DNA of 63,772 nucleotides, counting the filler, from Stramenopiles sp. TOSAG23-2 (taxonomy: Eukaryota), in the NCBI GenBank assembly GCA_900128395.1. It is 54 parts of 54 records of this genome, joined end to end, with 100 filler letters (N's around TTAATTAATTAA, not from the genome) between each part and the next. Parts side by side here need not be neighbours in the genome. Positions count along the whole stretch, not along the records: positions 1 to 1,090 come from LT653753.1; positions 1,191 to 2,280 come from LT653754.1; positions 2,381 to 3,469 come from LT653755.1; positions 3,570 to 4,658 come from LT653756.1; positions 4,759 to 5,847 come from LT653757.1; positions 5,948 to 7,036 come from LT653758.1; positions 7,137 to 8,224 come from LT653759.1; positions 8,325 to 9,411 come from LT653761.1; 46 more parts are not named here. One strand, 5' to 3'. The translations under genes were made by a program, and so were the position numbers. Below, piece after piece: positions 1 through 11,113 of the stretch (positions are counted from its first letter, which is position 1; each line of letters starts with the position of its first letter). Under the pieces are notes generated by a model, which did no database searches, had not been told where the DNA came from, and was given only the letters and a program-made list of their open reading frames with translations.

Positions 1-104
1 AAAAGTAAAAATAGTCTATCAAAAGTTTGATGTGTTAGATATGCTGTGTCTATGTTGTTGAAGACTATTGATACAGCATTAGAATAATGCTATTCATATG
101 GTCC

Positions 105-130
105 TTAAACTGTACCTAGGTACAGTTTAA
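105..130. repeat. Perfect 26-bp palindrome
   Basis: TTAAACTGTACCT|AGGTACAGTTTAA with no loop, downstream of the SYLF gene. Confidence 0.9.
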
Positions 131-258
131 ATATATCCCACGAGAGGATAATCCTACTAGTATGTGTAAAATAGATGATATTTTAAATGAGCGAAAAAAA
201 CTATGCATATAAAATATATTATATCGATTCTGCCTACATATTCTTTTACTAATAATAT

Positions 259-1090
259 TTATTCGCCTTTATTCGCTTCTATTGAATCAATATATTGATA
301 TATTTTCTTTAACTCATCATAAAGTGGATTTGCAGCAACAGGTGGTTGGACATTTCCATTTAATAAATCAACAGGATCAACGTCGTAACCGTAGAATTTT
401 CTATTAATTTTATTACGTGTCTTAATAGCTGAAACTTCAATTGCCAAACCAGCAAATACACCTTTAGACCTTGCATATGTATATGTATGTGCAAGCATCT
501 TCTTATTTGAGCTTACGACATCTCCTTCCATTTTACGCCCCAATCCTATTGTTAGCCCACCAGAACCACCAATTCGTCCAATGACGCCCTTAGTTGAAAA
601 GCTATCTACAGCAGCTTTTGTATTTAACACAATTATAAAATCACAACAATCACCACCAATTTGCAATCCCCATGATATGCCCATCGACCCGATAGCGGAA
701 GGTGCCGACCAGGAGCCATCCTCTAGCCTCGCAACAACAAGCCCAGTACNNNNNNNNNNNNNNNNNNNNNNNNNNNNNNNNNNNNNNNNNNNNNNNNNNN
801 NNNNNNNNNNNNNNNNNNNNNNNNNCTTTGGCATTTGACAACGTTGCCTCTGTGATGGATTGATCTTTCACTGGACCTTTGAAACAATTTTTTAATGCAT
901 ATGCAGCTTTCCGTATTTCACCAGAGAGAGTTCGACGATATGGACTATTAAAATGTCGAGCATAACTATCTGAATCGTATTTTTCATTGATTCGATGTTG
1001 TAAACTATTCGTTGCTATAAGCTCTTGCTGCAACGGTATCAATTTTTCGTAGCAATTGAAACAAACTTTTTCTGGCGTTCTAGTTTCAAA
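259..1090 (-). CDS. FYVE + SYLF/Ysc84 domain protein (5'-partial, internal N gap)
   Basis: GLVVARLEDGSWSAPSAI..GLQIGG..DFIIVLNT..YARSKGVFAG..RNKINRKFYG is the SYLF signature; the upstream PEKVCFNCY resembles the end of a FYVE finger. Confidence 0.85.
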
Positions 1091-1190
1091 NNNNNNNNNN
1101 NNNNNNNNNNNNNNNNNNNNNNNNNNNNNNNNNNTTAATTAATTAANNNNNNNNNNNNNNNNNNNNNNNNNNNNNNNNNNNNNNNNNNNN
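1091..1190. other. Artificial contig linker (first of 53 identical 100-bp linkers)
   Basis: 44 N + TTAATTAATTAA (stops in all six frames) + 44 N, recurring about every 1180 bp; contig lengths decrease steadily from 1090 to 1077 bp. Confidence 0.99.
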
Positions 1191-1356
1191 TTTTACAATT
1201 TATTGCGACACGATCGATTGATAGTGCGTTGCAAAAATATTTTCAATCGAAGGAAGTGTAGAATGTGGGAGAAGGGGGGAATTGGGGAGTGTGGGTTTTG
1301 CATATGTGACATGTACTTGTAAAATATATTTTCTCTTTTTGAAATAAAATACGCTT

Positions 1357-1380
1357 CTTCGTAATGATATCATTACGAAG
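1357..1380. repeat. Perfect 24-bp palindrome
   Basis: CTTCGTAATGAT|ATCATTACGAAG. Confidence 0.9.
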
Positions 1381-1431
1381 CATAGGTCATATATGATATG
1401 ATATATATCATATTTTTTACGCGTAATACTT

Positions 1432-1528
1432 TATTACCCTGCACATAAAAAAATACGAGTAAACTATGCATACACTGATTTGTATTACCCCGCACATAAA
1501 AAAATACGAGTAAACTACACTGATTTGT
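1432..1528. repeat. About 51-bp tandem duplication
   Basis: TATTACCCYGCACATAAAAAAATACGAGTAAACTA...CACTGATTTGT present twice. Confidence 0.85.
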
Positions 1529-1571
1529 CTCTTCTTGTTCTTACAAGTCACGCTTAAATAAGAGTGTGTCT

Positions 1572-1805
1572 TTAATCATTTAAATCACCATTACCTTCTC
1601 CTACATATCTACCATTTTCATCAAAACAATTTGCTTTTCCACCTTTTGAACGTAAAAGTGCAATGATCTCTTGGCGAAGTGGAGTATCATTATAATAATT
1701 ATCGTCATATGCATTGTCCAGGGGAGTTTCTTCTTCCAACGCTTCAATCGTTGATTGCTTTAATCTTTTTGCTGGTGGTGTGTCATCATTTGCTAATGAC
1801 GCCAT
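1572..1805 (-). pseudogene. Internally deleted member of the ankyrin/KGGKAN-tail family (77 aa, frame intact)
   Basis: The C-terminus TPLD..RQEIIALLRSKGGKAN..DENG..VGEGNGDLN is near-identical in DNA to 15902 and 30276, but it follows directly after a 26-aa N-terminus with no full ankyrin repeats. Confidence 0.6.
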
Positions 1806-2381
1806 GTTGTTTAATCTGTTTCTCTCTCTCTCTCTCTCTCTTTCGCTTTCTCTCAGTTTCTCTCTTACTTTCTTCTTACTCTATCTCTCTCATTCTTAGT
1901 TACTAAAAAATGTTGAAGTTTTTATAAATGTGTACATCCTTCATTCAAAAAATCACTAGCACGTGACGACTACTATATAAATACGAATAATATTAAGATT
2001 AAGGTATTATAGCTGATTCTATGTTGTGGAAAACAAGATTGATGAAGACGACTAAAAATATATATTATTGATAATATATCGATATAAATAATATTTGTTT
2101 TAAAATCCAATGTACATATATAGTAATATATATACATCAGATAGATTTAAAATCAGTATATAACCATCAAATACTAAACAATGGAATTTTCTATCAATAA
2201 AACAACAAAAAAAATACGCGAGTCATATTCAGCATTAAATGCTGAAAGGCAATTTATTACAGAGTCTGAAGTACGAAGGTNNNNNNNNNNNNNNNNNNNN
2301 NNNNNNNNNNNNNNNNNNNNNNNNTTAATTAATTAANNNNNNNNNNNNNNNNNNNNNNNNNNNNNNNNNNNNNNNNNNNNA

Positions 2382-3469
2382 CGAGAGGCAAATGATGAAG
2401 AAATTCGAGGAATAACAAAAAAATCATCACCAAAAAAAACAAAAAAAATACCGAGTTACAAAGAACAAATCAAAGCGGTAATTCTTGCTTTGAAGGATCG
2501 TTCAACATTGGAATATGAATCATGGGATCATTTTATTTTTAGATATTATGAAGAAGAACTACAAATCGTAGAGAAGCAAGCAAGTTACAAAGATCAAATC
2601 AAAGCGGCAATTCTTGCTTTGAAGGATTCAGTAATGAAAACGGATCATCTGGACAAAGTGCAACACATCGACGAAAAATTATCCGCGATGACCACAGCCT
2701 CAACATTGGAATATGAAGTCTGGAAAGATCGTTCTAGATATGAGGCTCTTGATAGTACAAAGTACGCGCAAGCAAAAGATGGTTACAACGAACACATCAA
2801 AGCGTTGGCAATTTTTGCTTACGAAAAATTAAAATTACAAAAGATTATAATGCAACCAACAAAGACAGAGAAGTGCTACCATATAAATTTGAGATATAAA
2901 AGAAAGGAAATGGATGAAAATATTGAAAGAATAACCGAAAGTACAATGGAGAGTGCCTCCCGATTGAGATTGATTAAAATAAGGAAGTGCATCGTGATTC
3001 AACGTATGTGGCGTGGCTGCTTAGCCCGATGGAGGTTGCGAGCACTGCAAGGGGCAGCGTTCAAAGTGACCCAGGGCCGACCAACGGCCGGTTTAGGAGA
3101 TGATAGTATGTTCTTTGATGATGACGATGACATCATGGATGATGGCGGATTGTTCGAACGGAAGTCCACCCCGATTCGGGAAAAGGGCCCGCAGTGCCCG
3201 CCGACCCCGGTCCGGACTCCGACGTGGGCGCACTCGAGCGTCCTCGGAGCAGAGCAAATTGTAGAGAATCATATAGCGGAAACGGAAGCCATGACTATTT
3301 TACAAACACCATCCATATGGGTAACGCGTTGGGATTACACAAGTAAATACGGGCTTGGTTATATGCTTTCAAACGGTAGCGTCGGTGTATATTTCAACGA
3401 TTCTACAAAAATCGTATTATCCTCCAATGGTAACAATTTTGAATACATGAAAAGAACATCTGCAAGGGC
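2382..3469 (+). CDS. Mosaic ORF open across the whole contig: histone H1-like fragment x2, IQ motif, TP-rich segment, Polo-box 1
   Basis: KKSSPKKTKKIPSYKEQIKAVILALKDRS; IQRMWRGCLARWRL; CPPTPVRTPTW; IWVTRWDYTSKYGLGYMLSNGSVGVYFNDSTKIVL. Confidence 0.65.
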
Positions 3470-3822
3470 NNNNNNNNNNNNNNNNNNNNNNNNNNNNNNN
3501 NNNNNNNNNNNNNTTAATTAATTAANNNNNNNNNNNNNNNNNNNNNNNNNNNNNNNNNNNNNNNNNNNNGTCGTCTTTCCCAAGCCGTCTTTCCACACAC
3601 AAATATGATTCACCAACAATATATATTCAATATACAATATATACATTCACATTTCCATCTTTCCATCGATCAAATCCGTATATATATTTGATATATATGT
3701 GTATTTATTATCAGAAATGTGTGTCAATTTTCCGTCAAATTTCTTCTATTTTAGGCCTATGTACCTGCTAATTATACTTATCATAACCCTGCAAAGAACA
3801 CTATTTTAATGCTATAACGCTA

Positions 3823-4242
3823 CTATAACTTCATGACAAATGTGTGTAAGCCAATGCATAGCTTGTTTACCATAACAATTGGATATGGTTTCCATGTTCA
3901 ATCATCAAACATGTCATGTTTGTATTAAATCCAACCATAAAATGACCACCTTGCTGCAAATTCACCGTCGCAAGATACCAACCTTCGTTGTAAATGATCA
4001 TATTAGCATTTACTGTTGTATTGCCAACCTGTTGCACATTGTTTGGCTCTTGCATGTTCTTCTTTTCATTTTGCTATATGTGCTTCCCGTTCTTTTTCTA
4101 GTTTTTCCCGTTCTTCTTTTGGTTTTGCTTCCAACGTATTATTTATTATTTTCTTGATCATTTCGTCGTACTTTCAATTTATAATATCACGAGGCAATTC
4201 TATGGACAATTTTAATTTAGAATCTCTATTATCCACTAACAT
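3823..4242 (-). pseudogene. Possible decayed reading frame
   Basis: A 140-codon frame with protein-like charged sequence (KPKEEREKLEKEREAHIAK*KEEHARAKQC) and 5 internal stops. Confidence 0.3.
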
Positions 4243-4844
4243 TTAGATAAAGTTTGGCCGACTACACGCTTATTTTGTACTGCTGTTACAACTGTTCGTG
4301 TTACTAACCGCATTGGGGACGTTCCCACATCTCTTGTCGTTGTTCTTGATCTGCTGCTTCCATTTCCATAGCTTTCAGCTATCATCTTCTTCTTTTATTT
4401 TTTTCATGATACGTAATTGTTCTTAATGTCTCCGAACAGCCGGTGTATGATTTTATCGACGAGAGCCAGATTTGTCGGTGATAATTTTGAGACACTTGTC
4501 CAGTCTGGTCTCATAAAAGAAATATATATATATATACATCGACTATCACTAATTAAGTTCAGACAAATATATTTTCTAAATAAATTGTTATTAACAAAAA
4601 ATTATTTGAGCAATTTTAAACGAAAAGCGTTGAAGGAAGGTAAACCGTATAAAGAGCCNNNNNNNNNNNNNNNNNNNNNNNNNNNNNNNNNNNNNNNNNN
4701 NNTTAATTAATTAANNNNNNNNNNNNNNNNNNNNNNNNNNNNNNNNNNNNNNNNNNNNCGTAAAATATAGGGGGTAGATATATAGTATATCGCTACGATT
4801 ATATATTTATTATATATACAAACACATACACACATCCAGAAAAA

Positions 4845-5285
4845 TTATTTTTCTATTTCCATTCCCATACTTTTTGCTGTACCAATAATAGAAGCTGATA
4901 ATGCTTCAATAGAGTGTAATTTTAAATGGTCATCCCGTTTTTTAATTTTTGCAATTTCATATATAGCACGCATTGATACTTTTCCAACTGTTTCTTTCCC
5001 TGGTTCAGTTGCACCTTTGGAAACATTTGATGCTTGTTTCAAAAACCAAACCGCTGGTGGCGATTTAGTAACAAAATTATATGTCCTATCCTCATAAGCA
5101 GTTAAATTAACTGGTATTGTTATATTCCTATCTTTATTCCATTTCGCTGTTCTATCATTAAATTGTTTACAAAATTCGACCATATTTACACCAAGCGGTC
5201 CTAATGCTTGTCCAATTGCTGGTGATGGTTGTGCTTTCCCTGCAATCAATCGCAATCGCGCCGTTCCTTTGACGACTAACGACAT
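4845..5285 (-). CDS. MRPL11: Mitochondrial ribosomal protein uL11m (complete)
   Basis: AGKAQPSPAIGQALGPLGVNMVEFCKQFN..KSPPAVWFLKQA..IYEIAKIK..IIGTAKSMG. Confidence 0.93.
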   Translation of the reverse strand: MSLVVKGTARLRLIAGKAQPSPAIGQALGPLGVNMVEFCKQFNDRTAKWNKDRNITIPVNLTAYEDRTYNFVTKSPPAVWFLKQASNVSKGATEPGKETVGKVSMRAIYEIAKIKKRDDHLKLHSIEALSASIIGTAKSMGMEIEK

Positions 5286-5758
5286 GTTGTTTGTTTGTTC
5301 TTCGTGTTATTTTTCAAAAGAATAGACTTGTTTTTTTTTTTTCATTTACGATGTGTTGATGTCTGTCTACTTCCTCTGTATTTCTATTTTCATCACCTTC
5401 ATCAATTCTAATGTTCGTCAATAAATAAATATATTCGATTAATCTTTGGTAGTCTTATGAATATATATTCAACTATCAAATAATACTATTATGATACTAA
5501 TAAGTATAAAAACTATATCACTCCCAAGAGCACATACATTACGATAGACGTAGCATCTCTATACATGGAAATAGCATTGTCGTAAAAGCTACCTGTTTTT
5601 TCTGTTTTTCTTTGCTATTGCTATGTCAAAGATATAAGACGACTACTGAAAGTTATACTTAACATTCAAACCGATAGGCGTACCACTGGTCTAGCATGGA
5701 AGTATCACTATCTAGCATAGTTCTAGCATGGAAATACAAGGTAATACAAGGTAGAAAC

Positions 5759-5783
5759 AAACCCTAACTCTAACCCTAACTCT
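5759..5783. repeat. Degenerate telomere-like repeat (CCCTAA/CTCTAA x4)
   Basis: AAACCCTAACTCTAACCCTAACTCT. Confidence 0.6.
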
Positions 5784-5947
5784 GGAATAAAAACGGGGAA
5801 GTGGATGCTGTGTCCTTGTTATTTTCAATTAAAGCCACGATCACCAGNNNNNNNNNNNNNNNNNNNNNNNNNNNNNNNNNNNNNNNNNNNNTTAATTAAT
5901 TAANNNNNNNNNNNNNNNNNNNNNNNNNNNNNNNNNNNNNNNNNNNN

Positions 5948-7036
5948 GAAGATGTAATAGTATCTAACACAACCTGGAAAAAGATTAACAATATTGTAAT
6001 GTGTGCGATTATATATCCTTCAATTTACTTTTCAATTATACTTTCTCCTGTTTCTGTTGCTTTTATATGGGATAATGAAATATTAAACTCATTGCTGTGG
6101 ATTTTTGAGGTGATTTACGTGTCATATTTTATTTCAATACATCGTTATTGCCAAAAGCGTTTGGTTTCTAGAAAATCAAAAATACTATTCGCAATTTACG
6201 TTATGGTTATCGGAGCGTCTGTATTTAGTTTGGGGAACAGTAATGGTGAAAATTACTTAGGTTTTCTCCGTATAATTCGCTTTGGGCATTGTATGAAACA
6301 TTTAAATAGATTTAGTAAAATGTTGACACGCAATATTTCAGCACCCGTATCAAGAGCTATCATGGTAACCATTTTGATCCTGTATTTGTCACATTTCCTA
6401 GCTTGCAGTTTCTATTATATTGTACGCTTACAACGTGAATTTCAAGCAGAATCTAAACTAACGTGGGCAAACTTTATAAACTACGATTTCCTGGGCAATT
6501 TTAATTATGATGCTAGCAGCATTATTATGCGATGCAGGGGTTACGGCCATTTTATCTCATTTAGTCGATACATTAGATAGAAAATCTGCACTATTAAATC
6601 AAAACGTAAAGCGAATGGGTAATTACTTGAAAGCCCGGAGCATACCTGACAAAACATTCAATCGTCTAAAAAAATACTATGCAAATACCCAATTAAATCA
6701 ACACGGTGTAAATGAAACACAGATTTTTAAGTTGTTGCCAATAAGTTTAAAACATGAGATATTGGTCACTACAATGTGGGAATCGTTTACAGAAACAAAT
6801 GGTTTGTTCAATGAGAATGCCGTCCATAGTTCTCACACGAAGTACGATCATGGTACACTATTGACAATAATAAAAAATATGAAGCCAAAAACGTTTTTCA
6901 CTGGTCAAACAATAGTAAAAAAGAAGGACATATGGCAAGGTCTATATTTTATCATTGCTGGGCATGTGAAAATCAAACAAACTGTTACGAATTTTCATGA
7001 TGAAGAAAAGAAAGATGAGTCGAATTCTATACACAT
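5948..7036 (+). pseudogene. Cyclic-nucleotide-binding cation channel with the pore segment missing and a frameshift near 6505
   Basis: S4-like FLRIIRF and S5 YLSHFLACSFYYI are in one frame; S6, C-linker (LPISLKHEI) and CNBD (FFTGQTIVKKKDIWQGLYFIIAGHVKI) are in another; no pore helix or GYG filter lies between them. Confidence 0.6.
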
Positions 7037-7136
7037 NNNNNNNNNNNNNNNNNNNNNNNNNNNNNNNNNNNNNNNNNNNNTTAATTAATTAANNNNNNNN
7101 NNNNNNNNNNNNNNNNNNNNNNNNNNNNNNNNNNNN

Positions 7137-8224
7137 AAACGATAAATTAGCTGCTGAAGGGCCGTCGAAAGCTAAAGCGCTGATTAAAATGGAAGGAGTT
7201 GCAGATGTACGACCTGCTGAAAATGAAAATGGTAAATTACCAGATTATGCAATAGATATTTATTTCATAGATGGAAAAATATTAACATTATGTGCTGAAA
7301 ATAATACGGATATGTTGGCATGGATAAAAGCATTTAATGCATTTGTTTTCGTACAGCAAAAGGCAAATGCGAAAAGCGTCATCGAAGGACCGTTGGAACA
7401 TAGTTTAGATCACGGAAAAACATGGACAATGTGCTATGTAGTATTGAATCCAGATCGTATCTTAGTTTATGACAAGTTATCTCAAGAGCAGCAAAAACAA
7501 AATAATAATCAACGTGGCGAACCAATATCTGTATTAACGTTTACGGATGAATTTTATTGCAGTGATGGTACTGGTGGGCAATGGGCATTTCAAATTTCAG
7601 ATTTTGATATCACATATTATTTCAATGCCCCTGATGCAGAGCATCAAATGTTTTGGATGCATGCAATTGCAAGAATTATACGTAAACTAAGAGCAGAAAG
7701 AGAACATGCAAATAGTGTAATTGACAATCAATTTGCAACATCATCGACTGCGGAAAATCCAATGTTAAACCAAAGTGGTAATAGGACGAGTCAATTGGTT
7801 AGACAACAAAGTGCACAAGAATTATTAATCGGTAAAACACACGATGATGAAGAAGACAATGAAGAAGACAATGAAGAAGAAATTGATTTATCACAATTGA
7901 AGCCAGGGACAGCACAACTTTTATATGATTTTCAAGCTGAATCAAAAGGTGAAATATCCGTTCCTGTAGATGAATTCGTAATATTAATTGAAAAATTAGA
8001 TGAAGATTTTTGGGTTGTTGATTATAATGGGGTTAAAGGTTTTGTACAAAACGATTATATGGAAATATTAAAACCCTTGGAGCCAAAACGTGCCGTAAAA
8101 CGTGCATCATTGAAAGCTAGACGAGAAAGTAACAGTGCTAAATTAAAATCTGGGCCACCCCCTGGTGCTCCACCTTCTCACCATCCAGGTGCACCACCAC
8201 CACCACCGTCATCATTATCTGGGG
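7137..8224 (+). CDS. PH-PH-SH3 protein with a proline-rich tail (partial)
   Basis: Two PH C-terminal helices (DMLAWIKAF; HQMFWMHAI), SH3 AQLLYDFQAESKGEISV..DEDFWVVDYNGVKGFVQNDYM, and PPPP tracts. Confidence 0.8.
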
Positions 8225-8324
8225 NNNNNNNNNNNNNNNNNNNNNNNNNNNNNNNNNNNNNNNNNNNNTTAATTAATTAANNNNNNNNNNNNNNNNNNNN
8301 NNNNNNNNNNNNNNNNNNNNNNNN

Positions 8325-9411
8325 AACTTCAAGTGCAACTTCACCAAATGTTTTCGTCATTTCTTCATGAATTTTTTTATCTAGAAAAGTAACAAAATTT
8401 TCACGACAACCATGTTTGTCTATCCACTTTGCTTGCAAAGTCTTGTCTTCGTCAAATTTTTTCAATTGTTTTGTATGCCATTCATCAAGTTTTCTTCGTG
8501 CTTTTATCATTTTAACTTTGATAGCATTACCTGCTGTAGCCAACTCATATAAACTCTTAGTATTTTGCGCAACTCCAGATTTTTCCAATTCATGTACCCA
8601 ATCTTTAACTTTCATCAAACTTGCCCATTTATTCGTATGTTCAATAATTGATGATTCGTAAAGCCCATCGCCACTTGCTCGTTTCAATGCCAAGGTAGCA
8701 TCTAGCGGATCTTCAAATTCAGGTGTTAATAATAGACCATATATGCAATCAATAACGGTTTTTATGGTTGTATCGTAACTCCAGTCGCGATCAAGAATTG
8801 AATGGCACACGCGTCCATAACTATTTATATTGCAATGTTTAATTGGTGTGACAAACCGAAGTTTTGGTGGTGAATGTGGAAAATTGTTACCAAAATGAAT
8901 GTAAGCAAGCCATACTCCACTACGATACGGTGTGCCATCTGGACCTTTAATGATTACACGCCAAAATCGAATATTTTCGTAGCTTGGTAATACTGTTATA
9001 TCTGGATGAGGATTTTTCATTATTTTTCGTAATTCTTTCATCAATCGCTTTGCTGTTTTACTATCCGGTGCTCCATCTTCTTTGCCATTAGTAGCAACAT
9101 GATCAATATAACTTTCGTTTAAAACTGTTGCCGGCAAACCTAACAAAGGGTGGTTTACAGCAGGTGGTACAATTCCACCACCACATGTATCTTGATCCAT
9201 ACTACCATAATACCACATATCAGCAGAAGATTGTACTTTTTTTTTAACTTCGCTTTGAAGTGCTTTTCGTTTTTCACAGGAAAGAAGCAATTCTAGTTCG
9301 TTTAACTCAAGCGCATCTTTGATATTTTTTGGATGAAATGAATAACCTCTTGATGCTTTTGCAATAGCATGAAGGTCATCATTTGGATCATCGCTGCCTA
9401 TCATGATCTTT
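8325..9411 (-). CDS. Ubiquitin-conjugating E2 with a long, probably vWA-type N-terminal extension (partial)
   Basis: KRLMKELRKI..WRVIIKGPDGTPY..FPHSPPKLRFVTPIKHCNINSYGRVCHSILDRDW. Confidence 0.88.
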
Positions 9412-9513
9412 NNNNNNNNNNNNNNNNNNNNNNNNNNNNNNNNNNNNNNNNNNNNTTAATTAATTAANNNNNNNNNNNNNNNNNNNNNNNNNNNNNNNNN
9501 NNNNNNNNNNNAG

Positions 9514-10598
9514 GAGTCGACAATCGAGGAAGAGGCTGATAGAATATTGAATAAAGTAAGTACATTAACAGACACCTACAGTAACAAAGGGAATATCACA
9601 ACAATATTAGTCAAGACATACTAACATATATTATAATACTTTATGCAATATTTACAACAAACAGTCAACCATGGGTTTTCAACCCAAATATAATAATGTT
9701 TCGTGTGGCTGCTTGAAAGAGTCCAACCCGTTACGTAAAGCTTGTATACGTCTAGTACATAATGCATATTTTGAGCTTTTTATCATAACCATGATTTTAG
9801 CAAATTGTGTATTCTTAGCGTTGTCTTCGCCACATCCTTTATGCTGCACGGGTGTAGATCCCATTATTGGTTCTACATACGTAAAGACGGGCTTTATGGC
9901 CTCATATGGCACAGGTTCATATGATGGGAAAATTGTTAAATGTGGTGCAGATAACTACATGAGACAATGGGATGACACAAAATCGCCAGCGGTGGGTCCT
10001 AGAGATACAATTGGAGTAGCTGATATCTGGGTCAAACAAACTGACCGTTGTTGTGTTGAAGAAACTTTAGATGGTGTTCTACCATCGAAACACCCTATAA
10101 CTGATCAGCTTATATCAACAACCAAACAATGTAAAGATGTAGGGTTGACACAAGCATCGGAGATTGCCGAAGTAGTCTTTTTAGTGGCCTTCACATTTGA
10201 AATGATTGCTAAGATCATAGCTATGGGGTTCATTTGGACCGCACCGAAACCGGAGGATGGAATTGGAGGTTCATATCTACGCGATGCATGGAATTGGTTG
10301 GATTTCGTAGTCGTAATCGTTGCATTCCTTGCCTACATTCCTGGCGTTGGTAACTTCTCAGGATTGAGAACCGTGCGTATACTTCGCCCATTGAAGACAA
10401 TGACAGCTATCCCGGGAATGAAAACCATTGTTAGTTCGTTGCTAGCATCAATGACCAGCATGGTATCCGTGATTATATTGGCTGGTGCGCTTTTTACACT
10501 TTTTGGTGTTCTAGGCGTACAATTATTCGTTGGTACTTTAGAAGGCCAATGCTTTTATCTAGACCAAAGCGCTATCGATTCGGAAACTGGTGGATGGA
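9514..10598 (+). CDS. Voltage-gated Ca2+/Na+ channel alpha subunit, first domain (partial; intron 9556-9664)
   Basis: NPLRKACIRLV..FELFIITMILANCVFLAL (S1), SYLRDAWNWLDFVVV (S3), LRTVRILRPLKTM (S4), GVQLFVGTLEGQC. The intron GTAAGT..TACTAAC..CAG keeps the frame. Confidence 0.9.
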
Positions 10599-11113
10599 NN
10601 NNNNNNNNNNNNNNNNNNNNNNNNNNNNNNNNNNNNNNNNNNTTAATTAATTAANNNNNNNNNNNNNNNNNNNNNNNNNNNNNNNNNNNNNNNNNNNNAT
10701 ACATATGAAGCAAATGTGACGCTTGGAAATGTTGAATGGAAAGATGTTTATCCCATGGATTTCTATAGAAAAGAATCTGGGCCATGGACAAATTATTTCA
10801 ATTGATCGTTGAGAGAGAGAGAGAGAGATGTAATCTAAAAAATAAAAAATATATTTAAAAAGTATAATCTCGAGCTTGTGTTATATACGTATAATCTCAA
10901 AAAACTTTTATAGAGTATTAATATTCTCGCGTGTGATCGCGGCGGCGCAGGTGATTGAATTTACAACGATTTCAAATTTCAATTACTATAAAATATTCGA
11001 ATATATATATATATATATATATACATACCAACAACAGAAAGAAAAACAGCCAACAACATTCGAAATGTTAAGTGGCACGTTTTAATAGATATATTAGACA
11101 AATAGATAAAATT

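Noticed and set aside
1135-1146. TTAATTAATTAA recurring about every 1.18 kb as a biological repeat array
   Set aside because: It is always embedded in 44-N flanks and is a six-frame-stop concatenation linker. ORF ends such as LIN and cross-linker gene neighbourhoods are artefacts.
3823-4242. Stop-codon reassignment suggested by in-frame TGA/TAA
   Set aside because: Conserved genes in the window have no internal stops and terminate with TAA or TGA; decay explains this frame better.
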